From contig JAWOHL010000005.1 in NCBI GenBank assembly GCA_046485185.1, forward strand, positions 27,605-91,604: a stretch of DNA of 64,000 nt. The letters run 5' to 3'. The position numbers and the translations under genes are program-made. Below, one piece after another: positions 48,454-58,462 of the stretch. The notes under the pieces were generated by a model that saw only the letters and a program-made list of their open reading frames with translations, was not told where the DNA came from and did no database searches. Source of the DNA: Candidatus Fermentibacteraceae bacterium. GTDB taxonomy: Bacteria > Fermentibacterota > Fermentibacteria > Fermentibacterales > JCC-6. Every line of letters starts with the position of its first letter. The stretch's first letter is position 1.

Positions 48454-50481
48454 ATGAAGCTCACCGATGAAATCCGCTGGCTGAAGGGGGTCGGGCCATC
48501 CAGGGCGGCCCTTCTGTCCAGGCTGGGCATTGGGCTTCTGGGGGAGCTGCTGCTCCACCTTCCCAGGGCATGGCTCGACAGAAGGTTCGTCGTTCCCGTC
48601 TCCTCGGTTCGGATCGGTGAGTCCGCGACCGTGGCGGGTGAGGTTCTCAGCATCCATCGCAGGCGCTCGGGGAGGGGAAGGGCGATACTTGAAGCCCTGG
48701 TGTCAGATGGAACTCCCCTGCGCCTTGTTTTCTTCAATGAGCGGTACCCTGCCGCCCTTCTCGTGAAAGGTATGCAGGTGGTCGCCTCCGGTACGGTGGA
48801 GAACTGGAGGGGGTTGGCCATGGTTCACCCGGACATTCTCCTCCCCGCGTCAGACAGGGAACCCGAGGCGCCGGGAATGCTTCCCCTTTACCCCCTCACC
48901 GCCGGACTCACCCAGGGGGTCATGCGCAGGATCATCGGGATGGCACTTTCTGAACTCGAGCCTCCGCCGGCCATTCTTCCCGCTGATATCCTCCTTGAGG
49001 GCGGCTTTACGGACAGGCTTCATCTGCTTCGGGGGGCACACAACCCGGTCGACCCGGATGAAGCCAGGCGGGCGCGGGACCTCCTTGCCCTTGAAGAACT
49101 TCACCTTTACCGGCGGGCGCTTGCCCTCGTCCGCCGCAACGCCCGAAGTGAACCGGCGATCCCGCTTCTGACTGAACCGCTCACAGCATCGGGGTTCGCT
49201 TCCCATCTGCCCTGGCCGCTAACCTCCGCGCAGGAAAGGGTCATCAATGAGGTCCTTCGCGATCTTTCTCTTCCCCTTCCCATGCGAAGACTGGTTCAGG
49301 GCGACGTGGGCTCCGGCAAAACGGTGGCTGCCGCCGCCGCATGCGCGAGATGCGCCCTCTCCGGTATGACCGCCGTGCTGCTGGCCCCCACCGAGGTGCT
49401 TGCCGTTCAGCATTTCAAGAGCCTCAGAAAGTTCCTCTCGGACTGGGGGGTCCCTGTCCGCCTTCTCACGGGAGGTACCGGAGCCGCAGCCCGCAGGGAG
49501 CTGTCCGCGGCCATGATCGACTCTCCAGCATGCGTTCTGGTGGGCACCCACGCGGTTCTGGAAGACTGGGTTCCCCTCGACCGGCTTGCCCTGCTGGTGG
49601 TGGACGAGCAGCACAAGTTCGGTGTAATGCAACGGGAAAAGCTGACGGCGGGCAGGGTTCCCAGACCCCATGTACTCATAATGAGCGCCACTCCCATCCC
49701 CAGAACCCTGGCCATGACCCTCTACGGTGACCTCGATCTTTCGGTGATCGATGAGATGCCTCCCGGAAGGGGAAAAGTGGTGACCAGGGTGATAGGGGAG
49801 GCGGAGAAGAGGGAGCTGGCAGCTTTTATCCTCGATCGTCTCGCCGCGGGTGAAAGGGTATTCATGGTCTACCCCTTGAAGGAGATGTCCGAGAACATAC
49901 CCGCCCTCGATGCCGAGACCGCCTTCGAAAGGGTGAGGAACGGGCCGCTGGGAAGGTGGGGAGCCGTTCTGCTTCACGGCGGAATGCCGCCGGGTCGCAA
50001 GGTCGAGGCTGTGACAGCCTTCGCCACAGGCAGGGCGCGCGTGCTCGTGAGCACGACAGTCATCGAGGTGGGCATCGACGTGCCGCAGGCAACGGTGATG
50101 GTCGTATCAGGCGCAGGAAGGTTCGGGCTCAGTCAGCTTCACCAGTTGAGGGGCAGGATAGGCAGGGGCGGCGCTGATTCCTGGTGCTTCCTGGTCATCG
50201 AGGAGCATGACTCGTCAGCATCGAGGACGAGGCTTCTTGCCCTGGCACAGACCTCGGACGGTTTTCAGGTCGCGGGAAAGGACCTCGAGCTGAGGGGGCC
50301 CGGGCAGGTCCTGGGCACAAGGCAGCACGGGCTTCCCGAGTTCAAGGTGGCGGACCTTTCCAGGGATATTGGGTTGATGGAGCGTTTAGAGCATATTCCT
50401 GATTCGGGGGATATGGAGTTTGCCGATCTGATCCGGGAGGAGTCATGGCGTTTCGGGGGGCTTTCCTTTCCAGGCACATGA
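48454..50481 (+). CDS. recG: ATP-dependent DNA helicase RecG
   Basis: Wedge domain plus helicase motifs GDVGSGKT, DEQH. Start at MKLTDEI. The ORF-track start at 48370 is an upstream extension overlapping the divergent TPR gene. Confidence 0.85.
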   Translation: MKLTDEIRWLKGVGPSRAALLSRLGIGLLGELLLHLPRAWLDRRFVVPVSSVRIGESATVAGEVLSIHRRRSGRGRAILEALVSDGTPLRLVFFNERYPAALLVKGMQVVASGTVENWRGLAMVHPDILLPASDREPEAPGMLPLYPLTAGLTQGVMRRIIGMALSELEPPPAILPADILLEGGFTDRLHLLRGAHNPVDPDEARRARDLLALEELHLYRRALALVRRNARSEPAIPLLTEPLTASGFASHLPWPLTSAQERVINEVLRDLSLPLPMRRLVQGDVGSGKTVAAAAACARCALSGMTAVLLAPTEVLAVQHFKSLRKFLSDWGVPVRLLTGGTGAAARRELSAAMIDSPACVLVGTHAVLEDWVPLDRLALLVVDEQHKFGVMQREKLTAGRVPRPHVLIMSATPIPRTLAMTLYGDLDLSVIDEMPPGRGKVVTRVIGEAEKRELAAFILDRLAAGERVFMVYPLKEMSENIPALDAETAFERVRNGPLGRWGAVLLHGGMPPGRKVEAVTAFATGRARVLVSTTVIEVGIDVPQATVMVVSGAGRFGLSQLHQLRGRIGRGGADSWCFLVIEEHDSSASRTRLLALAQTSDGFQVAGKDLELRGPGQVLGTRQHGLPEFKVADLSRDIGLMERLEHIPDSGDMEFADLIREESWRFGGLSFPGT

Positions 50482-50630
50482 GGCCGTCCGGGTTCCGCAG
50501 GCACAGCCCGGGGGGGTTGACATGGATTTCTCCCGTGTTACCAATTAGGGTTTCAAGAAGGTTGAATGTTTACAGCGGCACGGGGTGCCGTGATTTCTAA
50601 TCGGATTCACCCCTGTTCACGGGAGGGGAC

Positions 50631-52859
50631 ATGGTTTCACCAGGCATGAAGAAACGGGCTGAGCAGCTTGTGGCCAGGGCCGGTGAACTGGCGAGGGCGG
50701 GAAACCGGGACAAGGCTCTCCTTGCCCTGCAACGGGCTGCTGAACTTGATCCCGAGAACGAGCAGATCCAGAAGAGTATCGCCGAACTTGAGCGGGAACA
50801 GGCCGCCATGCGGAACTTCAGCAAAAGCAGAACGGCGAGGGCCCACACCAACATCGGACAGGCGACCCCGGCGGACTTCGTATCGGAGTGCATGAAACGG
50901 TCCGACGATGCCCTGACCGAAGGGGACGAGGTTAGAGCCCTCCAGGAACTTGAGCGGGCAAAACGCCACGATCCAGAGAACATCGACGTGAACCGCAAGA
51001 TCCAGATCCTGCGCAGGCAGATCAAGGTCAACGGCCTGTTCGACAAGGCCGTGGCCAGGCTTGCGTCAGGAGAGCCCGCCGAAGCGGTGGTCGCGGCCCG
51101 TCGTATTTTCGGGATATGGTCCATGGCTCCATCCCTTCCTGAACTGTTATCGCGTATCGAAGCCTGGACCCCTGCGGGTGCCGCGAAACCCGAGACCGCA
51201 CCTGCAAGGAAGACAAGGCAGGCTCCGGCAGCTGCCGCTGTTTCCCCCGAGACCGCCGCTGTGGCCTCGATCCGGGAAAGGATCGCCAAAAGCGCCTACA
51301 AAGAGGCCTACCAGGAAGCCCTGGATGCCTCTTCAAAGTACCCCGGCAACACCACGATAAGGGATCTCATAACAGGTCTCGAGAAGCTTCTGGGCAAGAC
51401 GGCTCCCGTCGTAACCGAACCGGAACCGGTCGAGGCCCCCGTTCCCGCTGTGAAAAAGGCGAAAAGGGCTGAGCCGGCCCCTGAGCCCGTTGCCGAAACC
51501 CGAAGGGAAGAGCCCCGCGAACCCGAGGGCAAAAAGAAGTTCCCGATCTGGATAGTGGCCGTCGCCGTTCTTGCGGTTCTGGCCGTTGTGGTGTTCGTGT
51601 TCAAGCCCTTCGGTCCCCCGAAACCCGTCGAACCCGTGGCGGCTCAGCCCTACACCGTTTCCTTTACGGTTCCCGGCGCCACCGAACCCCATGTGAGCAT
51701 CGACGGAGTCGAGATACACCCCGACCCCGAAACCGGGGTCTACTCATTCACCGATACGCTCTCCACTCCCCGGACGGTCGAGATCCGTGCTCTCGGGTAC
51801 GAAACGCTGTTCCAGACCTTCCAACCCGAGCCGGGAAGCGTGAGCGAGATGGAGCTCGCACCGGACACTCTCGGAACCCATACGGTTACCGTAGCCTTCT
51901 CCCCCGTAATGCCAACGGGTGAACCCGATCCCGGGCCGGGGCAGATCGTCTGGATGGTCGACGGCGCCCAGGTTTCGTCACCGCTCGAGATCCCCACGGG
52001 CCTCCATGTCTTCCAGCCTGTGATGGAGGGCTTCAACTCGATCCCCGAGTCGATCCTGGTCGACTTCAGCACCGACGTCCAGAACTTCTCCATGGCGCTC
52101 CTTTCCAGGCAGGAATCCCAGATAGTCCTGACACTGGCGGCTGACGTACCCGGAACCGCCAACTTCGACATCGACGGCGAAAGGGTTGGCAGCGGCGTGA
52201 GGAGGGTCAGTCAGGTCCTTCCCCTTGGCACCCACACGATAAGGGTCACCATGGAGAACCGCGAACCATGGGCGGAAACCGTTAACCTTACCGAGGCCGG
52301 TTACACTCGAACCGTAGCCCCGGTAGAGATCATACTTACGGGAAGGTTACTGATAGGGCCTGAACCATGGGCCAACGTGACCGTGAACGGAGAGTCCCGC
52401 GGGCAGACACCCTTGCCCCCCCTCGAGCTAGCCGAAGGAACCTACACTGTAAGGCTCACGAACCCCGAGTACGAAGACCAGGTCTCCACAGTGACCATAG
52501 CCGCGGGAGAGGACACGAGCATCAGGTACACCGCCCAGCCCGTCGAGGTCACGCCGGATGAGATCACATCACCAGTAGATGAACCTGTCATCCCTCCCTT
52601 CCCCATCTCCCAGACCACGCCGGTCACACCGAGCCTTGCCCAGCAAAGGGGCGATGTTCACGGCTTCGTGACCCTCGAGGTAAGGGTCGGGACGGACGGA
52701 AGGGTCAAAGACGTTTCGGTGATCAATGACCAGGTCGGCCTCGGGTGTGGTCAGGCTGCCATTGATGCGGTCAGGCAGTGGGTGTTCAACCCCGCCACCC
52801 AGGGTGGTTCCCCGGTGGAGGTGACCACCACCGTCCAGGTCCGCTTCGACGTGGAGTAG
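50631..52859 (+). CDS. TonB-family protein with N-terminal TPR-like region, central TM helix, PEGA-like beta domains and C-terminal TonB domain
   Basis: SD GGGAGGGGA before ATG 50631. TM IWIVAVAVLAVLAVVVFVF. PEGA-like PWANVTVNGESRGQTPL. C-terminal ...GFVTLEVRVGTDGRVKDVSVINDQVGLGCGQAAIDAVRQWVFNPA is the TonB_C signature. Confidence 0.65.
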   Translation: MVSPGMKKRAEQLVARAGELARAGNRDKALLALQRAAELDPENEQIQKSIAELEREQAAMRNFSKSRTARAHTNIGQATPADFVSECMKRSDDALTEGDEVRALQELERAKRHDPENIDVNRKIQILRRQIKVNGLFDKAVARLASGEPAEAVVAARRIFGIWSMAPSLPELLSRIEAWTPAGAAKPETAPARKTRQAPAAAAVSPETAAVASIRERIAKSAYKEAYQEALDASSKYPGNTTIRDLITGLEKLLGKTAPVVTEPEPVEAPVPAVKKAKRAEPAPEPVAETRREEPREPEGKKKFPIWIVAVAVLAVLAVVVFVFKPFGPPKPVEPVAAQPYTVSFTVPGATEPHVSIDGVEIHPDPETGVYSFTDTLSTPRTVEIRALGYETLFQTFQPEPGSVSEMELAPDTLGTHTVTVAFSPVMPTGEPDPGPGQIVWMVDGAQVSSPLEIPTGLHVFQPVMEGFNSIPESILVDFSTDVQNFSMALLSRQESQIVLTLAADVPGTANFDIDGERVGSGVRRVSQVLPLGTHTIRVTMENREPWAETVNLTEAGYTRTVAPVEIILTGRLLIGPEPWANVTVNGESRGQTPLPPLELAEGTYTVRLTNPEYEDQVSTVTIAAGEDTSIRYTAQPVEVTPDEITSPVDEPVIPPFPISQTTPVTPSLAQQRGDVHGFVTLEVRVGTDGRVKDVSVINDQVGLGCGQAAIDAVRQWVFNPATQGGSPVEVTTTVQVRFDVE

Positions 52860-52863
52860 GCGT

Positions 52864-53220
52864 ATGTACGGTTTCGGCAGGGGCGCCTGGACTCCCCTCG
52901 TGGATGTCTACGTGGGAGAACTGCACACAGTGGTGGTGGTGGAGCTTCCCGGCATCGACCCGGGCGAAACGCACCTCGATGCAACACCGGTCACCCTTAC
53001 TCTCAGCGGAACCCGGAAAAGCCTGTCATACCCCGAACTTTCACCCCTGGGTCTCGAGATCCAGTCCGGTCAGTTCGAAAGGGTTGTACACCTGCCTTCA
53101 CGGGTGGATACCTCGACCGTGGAAGCCGTGCTCGAAAACGGGCTTCTCATCGTAACACTTCATCATTTGTTCCCTGCTCCGGTCTCGATCCCGGTCAGGG
53201 AATCCGGTAAGGAAGAATGA
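52864..53220 (+). CDS. Hsp20/alpha-crystallin family small heat-shock protein
   Basis: Alpha-crystallin domain ending ...VEAVLENGLLIVTL. 4 nt after the upstream stop and overlapping the lon start. Confidence 0.7.
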   Translation: MYGFGRGAWTPLVDVYVGELHTVVVVELPGIDPGETHLDATPVTLTLSGTRKSLSYPELSPLGLEIQSGQFERVVHLPSRVDTSTVEAVLENGLLIVTLHHLFPAPVSIPVRESGKEE

Positions 53221-55517
53221 ACAGGGACGGATCTCTCATACTGCCGCTTCATGTGCTCCCCGAGGGGATCCTCATGCCCAGCACCACTCTGTCCCTCACT
53301 GTCACCGATCCAGACCAGATACGGATGGTCGATTTCGCCGTGAGGGATGAGAAGATAGTGGGCGTTGTGTCAACCGACCCCGACACCGGCCAGGGTTTCA
53401 AGGTTGGAACTGCGGCCGGCATCATGAAGCTCTACAGGTTTCCGGGGGATGTTGTCAGGCTGAGCCTGAGGGGTCTTTACAGGTTCAGGGTAATCGAGGC
53501 CGTTCATGGGTGGCCGTTCTCCATGGCCAGGGTCGAGAAGCTGGAAACGGTCTTTCCCGATGACAGCGACGAGATCGAGGCATGGCGCAAGGCGGTCGAG
53601 CTTCAGCTCAGGCGGATAATGGAGCTTACCCCCGGGATACCTGACGAACTACAGATGGTGACGCTCCTCCGCGACCCCGAAAAACTCGGTTTTGTGGCGG
53701 CCGGAGGGCTTGAAGCGCCGGTTCATGAAAAACAAAGGCTGCTGGAAGAGGACAGCATAGTCCAGAGGCTTCGTCTCCTCCGTGACATGATGTCCCACGA
53801 GATCCAGATACTGAAACTCCGTGACATGATCCAGTCACAGGTCCGCTCCGAGATGGACAAAGACCAGCGCGAGTACTACCTGAAGGAACAGATGAAGGTC
53901 ATCCAGAAGGAGCTAGGGGACGAAAACGAGAACCCCGAGGCCCTTGAACTGCTCAAGCGTCTGGAAGAGACCGAGCTCCCCGATCACGCAAGGGAGGCCG
54001 CGGAAGAAGAGATCCGAAGGCTGAACCGCATGCATCCCGGCGTCCCCGAGGCCTCGGTCACAAGGAACTACCTCGAGTGGGTCCTTCAGCTTCCCTGGAG
54101 CAACCACACCCGGGACAGGCTTGACCTCGGACGGGCCGGCCGGATCCTCGACACCGATCATTTCGACCTGAAGGACGTCAAAGAGCGGGTTCTCGAGTTT
54201 CTGGCGGTTCGCAAGCTCAACCCCTCGGGCAAGGCGCCCATCATCTGTTTCGTGGGACCTCCCGGCGTCGGCAAGACCAGCATGGGAAGAAGCATCGCCC
54301 GGGCGCTGGGCAGAAAGTTCTATCGGTTGAGCCTGGGCGGCATGCACGACGAGGCCGAGATCAGGGGCCACCGGCGGACATACATCGGAGCCATGCCGGG
54401 CAGGATCATCCAGGGCATCAGGGAGTGCGGAACCTCGAATCCTGTTTTCATGCTGGACGAGATCGACAAGCTCGGTCGCGATTTTCGGGGCGATCCCACA
54501 TCCGCCCTCCTTGAAGTTCTGGATCCCGAACAGAACAACACCTTCCGCGACAACTACCTCAACATTCCGTTCGATCTCAGCAGGGTCAAGTTCATAACCA
54601 CCGCGAACACGCTCGACACGATCCCCGAGCCCCTTCTGGACCGTATGGAAATAATCAGGATTCCCGGTTACACCGAAGACGACAAAATGCAGATTGCCAG
54701 GCGCTACCTCGTTAAAAGGCAGATACGTGAAAGCGGGTTGTCCGGCAGGACGGTCCGTTTCACACCCGAGGGGATCAGAACCATCATCAAAAGGTACACC
54801 AGGGAAGCCGGGGTCAGGGAACTCGAGCGCAACATAGGCGGGATCTGCCGCAAGAACGCGGTGCGTGTGGCCGGGGGCGACACCTCCCTGGTGGTGGTAA
54901 CCCCTGACAGGATTCCCAATTGGCTTGGTCAGTGGAAGTTCTTACACGAGCCAGCCCTCTCGAAACCCCAGACCGGGGTTTCCACCGGTCTGGCCTGGAC
55001 TCCGCACGGTGGCGAGATCCTCTTCATCGAGACCCTTCTGTCGAAGGGAAGCGGGAAACTGGTCCTGACCGGCCAACTCGGCGACATAATGAAGGAGTCG
55101 GCCCAGGCGGCCCTGAGCTGGATCAACGGAACCGGCCGTGCGCCCGGCCGTGACTTCTCCCAGACCGACGTCCATGTGCACGTTCCCGCGGGAGCCACCC
55201 CGAAGGACGGGCCTTCGGCCGGAGTGGCCATGGCCGCTTCCATGCTCAGCGCCTTCACTGGTGTTCCGCTCAGGTCCGACACCGCCGTCACCGGCGAGAT
55301 AACGCTCAGGGGAAGGGTGCTTCCCGTTGGAGGCATCAAGGAGAAAGTTCTCGGCGCCCTGTCATCGGGAATCCGCCGGGTGGTGATCCCGGAAGACAAC
55401 GCCAGGGACCTGGCCGAGATCCCGGAGGAGCAGCTTTCACAGATGGAGATAAAAACAGTCGACACACTGGAGCAGGCCGTTGACATGCTCCTGTACCGGG
55501 AGGGATCCGATGCTTAA
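53217..55517 (+). CDS. lon: ATP-dependent Lon protease
   Basis: LON N-domain. Walker A GPPGVGKTS. Catalytic DGPSAGVAM...KEK. Confidence 0.9.
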   Translation: MNRDGSLILPLHVLPEGILMPSTTLSLTVTDPDQIRMVDFAVRDEKIVGVVSTDPDTGQGFKVGTAAGIMKLYRFPGDVVRLSLRGLYRFRVIEAVHGWPFSMARVEKLETVFPDDSDEIEAWRKAVELQLRRIMELTPGIPDELQMVTLLRDPEKLGFVAAGGLEAPVHEKQRLLEEDSIVQRLRLLRDMMSHEIQILKLRDMIQSQVRSEMDKDQREYYLKEQMKVIQKELGDENENPEALELLKRLEETELPDHAREAAEEEIRRLNRMHPGVPEASVTRNYLEWVLQLPWSNHTRDRLDLGRAGRILDTDHFDLKDVKERVLEFLAVRKLNPSGKAPIICFVGPPGVGKTSMGRSIARALGRKFYRLSLGGMHDEAEIRGHRRTYIGAMPGRIIQGIRECGTSNPVFMLDEIDKLGRDFRGDPTSALLEVLDPEQNNTFRDNYLNIPFDLSRVKFITTANTLDTIPEPLLDRMEIIRIPGYTEDDKMQIARRYLVKRQIRESGLSGRTVRFTPEGIRTIIKRYTREAGVRELERNIGGICRKNAVRVAGGDTSLVVVTPDRIPNWLGQWKFLHEPALSKPQTGVSTGLAWTPHGGEILFIETLLSKGSGKLVLTGQLGDIMKESAQAALSWINGTGRAPGRDFSQTDVHVHVPAGATPKDGPSAGVAMAASMLSAFTGVPLRSDTAVTGEITLRGRVLPVGGIKEKVLGALSSGIRRVVIPEDNARDLAEIPEEQLSQMEIKTVDTLEQAVDMLLYREGSDA

Positions 55518-56238
55518 CCGAGTATTCGTCGCCCTGCTTCTGGGAATGATCTGGACAGGCTGCAAAGCCCCCGCCGACAGGCTCCACGCATCCGATGGAA
55601 GCGTGGTCGTGGGCGAGCTGAAGTCTATTGATGGCGGGGTCGTTGAGATCGGCGGGGTGGCGGTTTCCGTGCCGCAGAGCGAAGCCCGGGTCTGGGGCAG
55701 GAACGGGGCGTCACATTACGGGGCCGTTACCCTCGATAGCCGGACCCTTGTGGTGCGCACCACGGGTGGAACCGTTGAGATGCCCATACGATCGGTTGCC
55801 GCAATTCTCTGGGCAGAGACCTCGGTTGAGTCAAGGGTCTTCGACGTGCCGGCCGAAGCCGGATGGATATGCACCCACATCCTGGTCTCTCCGGGAGATT
55901 TCATTACGGTCTCCGCAGGCGGAATGGTATCAACCGAGGCCGGCGGATCGTCACCGGACGGAACTGACAGGTTTTCCACATCCACGGCACTGGCTCCGCA
56001 GGCCGTGGGAGGCGCGCTCATCATGAAGGTCGGGGCCGAAGGCGGCGTCATCCAGGTTGGCTCGGGATGGTCGGGCAACGCTCCGGCGGGAGGCGAGATC
56101 TATCTGGGAGTCAACACGCACCTGGCTGAAGGGTCATCCTCGTCGGGAAGGTACACCGCAGCCGTGACAACCGGCCCGGCGCCCGGAGCGGGCATGACCG
56201 CCGTATTTCCTGCGGGGAAGCCAAGACTCTCCTTCTAG
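55510..56238 (+). CDS. lipoprotein, function unknown (beta-rich)
   Basis: ATG 55510 overlaps the lon stop. Lipobox LLGMIWTGC. Gly/Ser/Thr-rich beta pattern. Confidence 0.5.
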   Translation: MLNRVFVALLLGMIWTGCKAPADRLHASDGSVVVGELKSIDGGVVEIGGVAVSVPQSEARVWGRNGASHYGAVTLDSRTLVVRTTGGTVEMPIRSVAAILWAETSVESRVFDVPAEAGWICTHILVSPGDFITVSAGGMVSTEAGGSSPDGTDRFSTSTALAPQAVGGALIMKVGAEGGVIQVGSGWSGNAPAGGEIYLGVNTHLAEGSSSSGRYTAAVTTGPAPGAGMTAVFPAGKPRLSF

Positions 56239-56351
56239 GGTGCGGTTCCCGCGCCTGCGGGGCGGTTGACGATGCCCCCGCTTCGGTATAGAGTTTATGA
56301 AGTTATGATATTGGTGCCCGAACATCTTCAAGTGAAGTGGAAGGTATGGCG

Positions 56352-57365
56352 ATGAAAATAGCTGTTCTGCTTGCTATTACGGCACTGACAGCATCTACTG
56401 CCGGAGAGTACGTGGTGGGTTTTGGTGATACCCTCTGGGAGCTTTCCCTGCACTTCTACGGCACTCCACTACGCTGGGAGGAGATTCTGGCCGCCAACCC
56501 CCAGGTTTCCAGCCCCCAGACCCTCTATCCCGGAACGGTGCTCACCATCCCCGGCGCGACCCGGGCCGGCGCCTACTACTCCCCGGGAAGCTATGCCGTG
56601 AACGTTCCGACATCAGCCATCGTCAACCGGTCCAGCGAGCCGATCCTCAGCCGACTGCAGAGGGAGGGGGCCGGCATGGTCTCCTTCGACGGGTTCACAC
56701 CTCTCGGCAGGGTCATTCAGATCAACACCGAGGAAGAGGACGAAAACAGATTCTCAATGGGTCTTCCCGGAGACATTCTGGAGATCGACCTCGGTTCCGA
56801 CCGCGGCGTCGAAGCGGGCCAGGTCTTTCACATCGTGCGTGAGGGTGAAACCGTCACCGATCCCTTCACGGGCGACAGGGGCAGGGTCTACCGGGTCGCC
56901 GGTGTCTGCAGCGTCCTCGAGACTACTCCCGCAACCTCGGTAGTGAAACTCGAACACGGTTATCTTGCCGTTCATGAGGGCGACCTTGTGACCCCCTACC
57001 GTACCGCGGGTGAGGTCTACATCAACAACGAGCCCGTGGTGGGCAACAGCGCGGTTTACGTTCTGGCGCTCAAGAACCCCGACAACCGCAATGCCTACGC
57101 TTTCGATGTGGTCTACATCAATGCCGGAACCGAGGCTGGTTTCAACCCCGGCGACGTCTTTTCCGCCTACAGTTACGGTGAGCAGTACGAGCTGGCAGGC
57201 GGAACCGAGATCCTCACCGCCGACATCCCGATCGCCGACGTAGTGATCCTCACGACGGAGAGGCGGTCCGCGGCGGCAATGGTCGTAAGCAACCGCTCAG
57301 CCCTGCTGGTTGCCCCGGGAGACAGACTTTACCTGGTCCGAAGCCAGACAGCCTCCGTCAGATAA
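56352..57365 (+). CDS. LysM-domain peptidoglycan-binding secreted protein
   Basis: Signal peptide MKIAVLLAITALTAS. LysM YVVGFGDTLWELSLHFYGTPLRWEEILAANPQ...GTVLTIP. Confidence 0.65.
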   Translation: MKIAVLLAITALTASTAGEYVVGFGDTLWELSLHFYGTPLRWEEILAANPQVSSPQTLYPGTVLTIPGATRAGAYYSPGSYAVNVPTSAIVNRSSEPILSRLQREGAGMVSFDGFTPLGRVIQINTEEEDENRFSMGLPGDILEIDLGSDRGVEAGQVFHIVREGETVTDPFTGDRGRVYRVAGVCSVLETTPATSVVKLEHGYLAVHEGDLVTPYRTAGEVYINNEPVVGNSAVYVLALKNPDNRNAYAFDVVYINAGTEAGFNPGDVFSAYSYGEQYELAGGTEILTADIPIADVVILTTERRSAAAMVVSNRSALLVAPGDRLYLVRSQTASVR

Positions 57366-57370
57366 CGGGA

Positions 57371-58462
57371 ATGAACTGGAGTGTTGTCGCCAGGGGTCGA
57401 TCCCCTTCCGGCGAAGCGGTGGTGCATCTCTGTTCCCGAACCGGCAGGCAGGCCTCCGAAGTCCGCGCGGGCCTGGTTTCCCAGCGTGGTTTCGTGATCA
57501 GGGAGGGCCTCGAACGGGACGGAGCGGACAGTCTGGCCGCGTCGCTCTCATTTCACGGCATAACGATCGAAGTGGTTCCATCCACCGGTGGCCCTGACGC
57601 CGGAGGCTTCAGGGTTGTCCTCACGGGTTACGCTCCGGGAAGCCGCGGAAGGCTCAGAGCGGCTCTCATGCGGATGAGCGGCAGGACCGACGAGGAAGTC
57701 ATCGGCTTTCTCGCCCGGATACCCTTTGCTCTCCGAAGGGGCGCCAGCCCCGAAACGGCCGCGTCGGTCCGGCGCGTCATCGAAGCGGCGGGCGGGGTTG
57801 TGGAGATAAGGCCCGAAGGAAACGAAAGACCCGCTCCCGTTCCTGATAAACGGTTTCCGCAGGCCAGGGTGCGAAAGGCTCCCGAAGCTCCTGCCAAAAC
57901 AGCGGCAGTATCCGACACCCCCCCGGAAGCCGTGGTTGTGCCCGACCCGCCGGTCGTGCGCCTTCACGAGGACCGCAGCGTGCTGGTCGAACCACACCGC
58001 TTTACCCCGGCACCACCGGCATTGGCGAACATCGAGCCGGGGAGGATCTCCCCGGTTGGTGCTTCCTTCCTCCAGTTGCCGTTCAAGGTTCTGTTCACCG
58101 GACCGGCGAGGCTGTTTCCGGTGCCCGCGGCTGGGTCGCGTCGGAGCTTTGATGCCTTGCCCGCAGCCGATGTCCCGGCCTGCCACCCTGTTTTTCTCTG
58201 CCCTGTTCAGGAGGGGGACCGCAGCAAAGCCATGCGGATACTCCAGAGCAGTCTTGGCCTGAGTCCCGATGCGGCAGAACGTGCAATAGCCGGCGCCCCA
58301 TCAGTTATTTCCCTGGAACCCGGCCGGAACGAAGCGTCCGAACGGGTGCGGGAGCTGTCCGGACACGGCCTTCCCGTAACGTTGATCAAGCACAGTGACA
58401 AGGAAGGCCCGGTGAGACACAGGGACCATGTCTGGTTCGGAAACTGGCTTCGAGGCCGCTGA
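57371..58462 (+). CDS. hypothetical protein with two ribosomal-L7/L12-C-terminal-like modules
   Basis: Segments RLRAALMRMSGRTDEEVIGFLARIPFALRRGASPETAASVRRVIEAAGGVVEI and KAMRILQSSLGLSPDAAERAIAGAPSVISLEPGRNEASERVRELSGHGLPVTLI resemble the L7/L12 CTD fold pattern, separated by a Pro/Ala-rich linker. Confidence 0.45.
   Translation: MNWSVVARGRSPSGEAVVHLCSRTGRQASEVRAGLVSQRGFVIREGLERDGADSLAASLSFHGITIEVVPSTGGPDAGGFRVVLTGYAPGSRGRLRAALMRMSGRTDEEVIGFLARIPFALRRGASPETAASVRRVIEAAGGVVEIRPEGNERPAPVPDKRFPQARVRKAPEAPAKTAAVSDTPPEAVVVPDPPVVRLHEDRSVLVEPHRFTPAPPALANIEPGRISPVGASFLQLPFKVLFTGPARLFPVPAAGSRRSFDALPAADVPACHPVFLCPVQEGDRSKAMRILQSSLGLSPDAAERAIAGAPSVISLEPGRNEASERVRELSGHGLPVTLIKHSDKEGPVRHRDHVWFGNWLRGR

Noticed and set aside
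50560-50595. Possible rho-independent terminator after recG (CGGCAC-ggg-GTGCCG followed by TGATTTC)
   Set aside because: Stem is only 6 bp and the downstream T-tract is weak. Too uncertain to annotate.
52864-55517. Searched for CIRCE/HAIR heat-shock operator upstream of Hsp20-lon
   Set aside because: Hsp20 begins 4 nt after the TonB-like gene stop. There is no intergenic space and no TTAGCACTC-N9-GAGTGCTAA-like inverted repeat visible.
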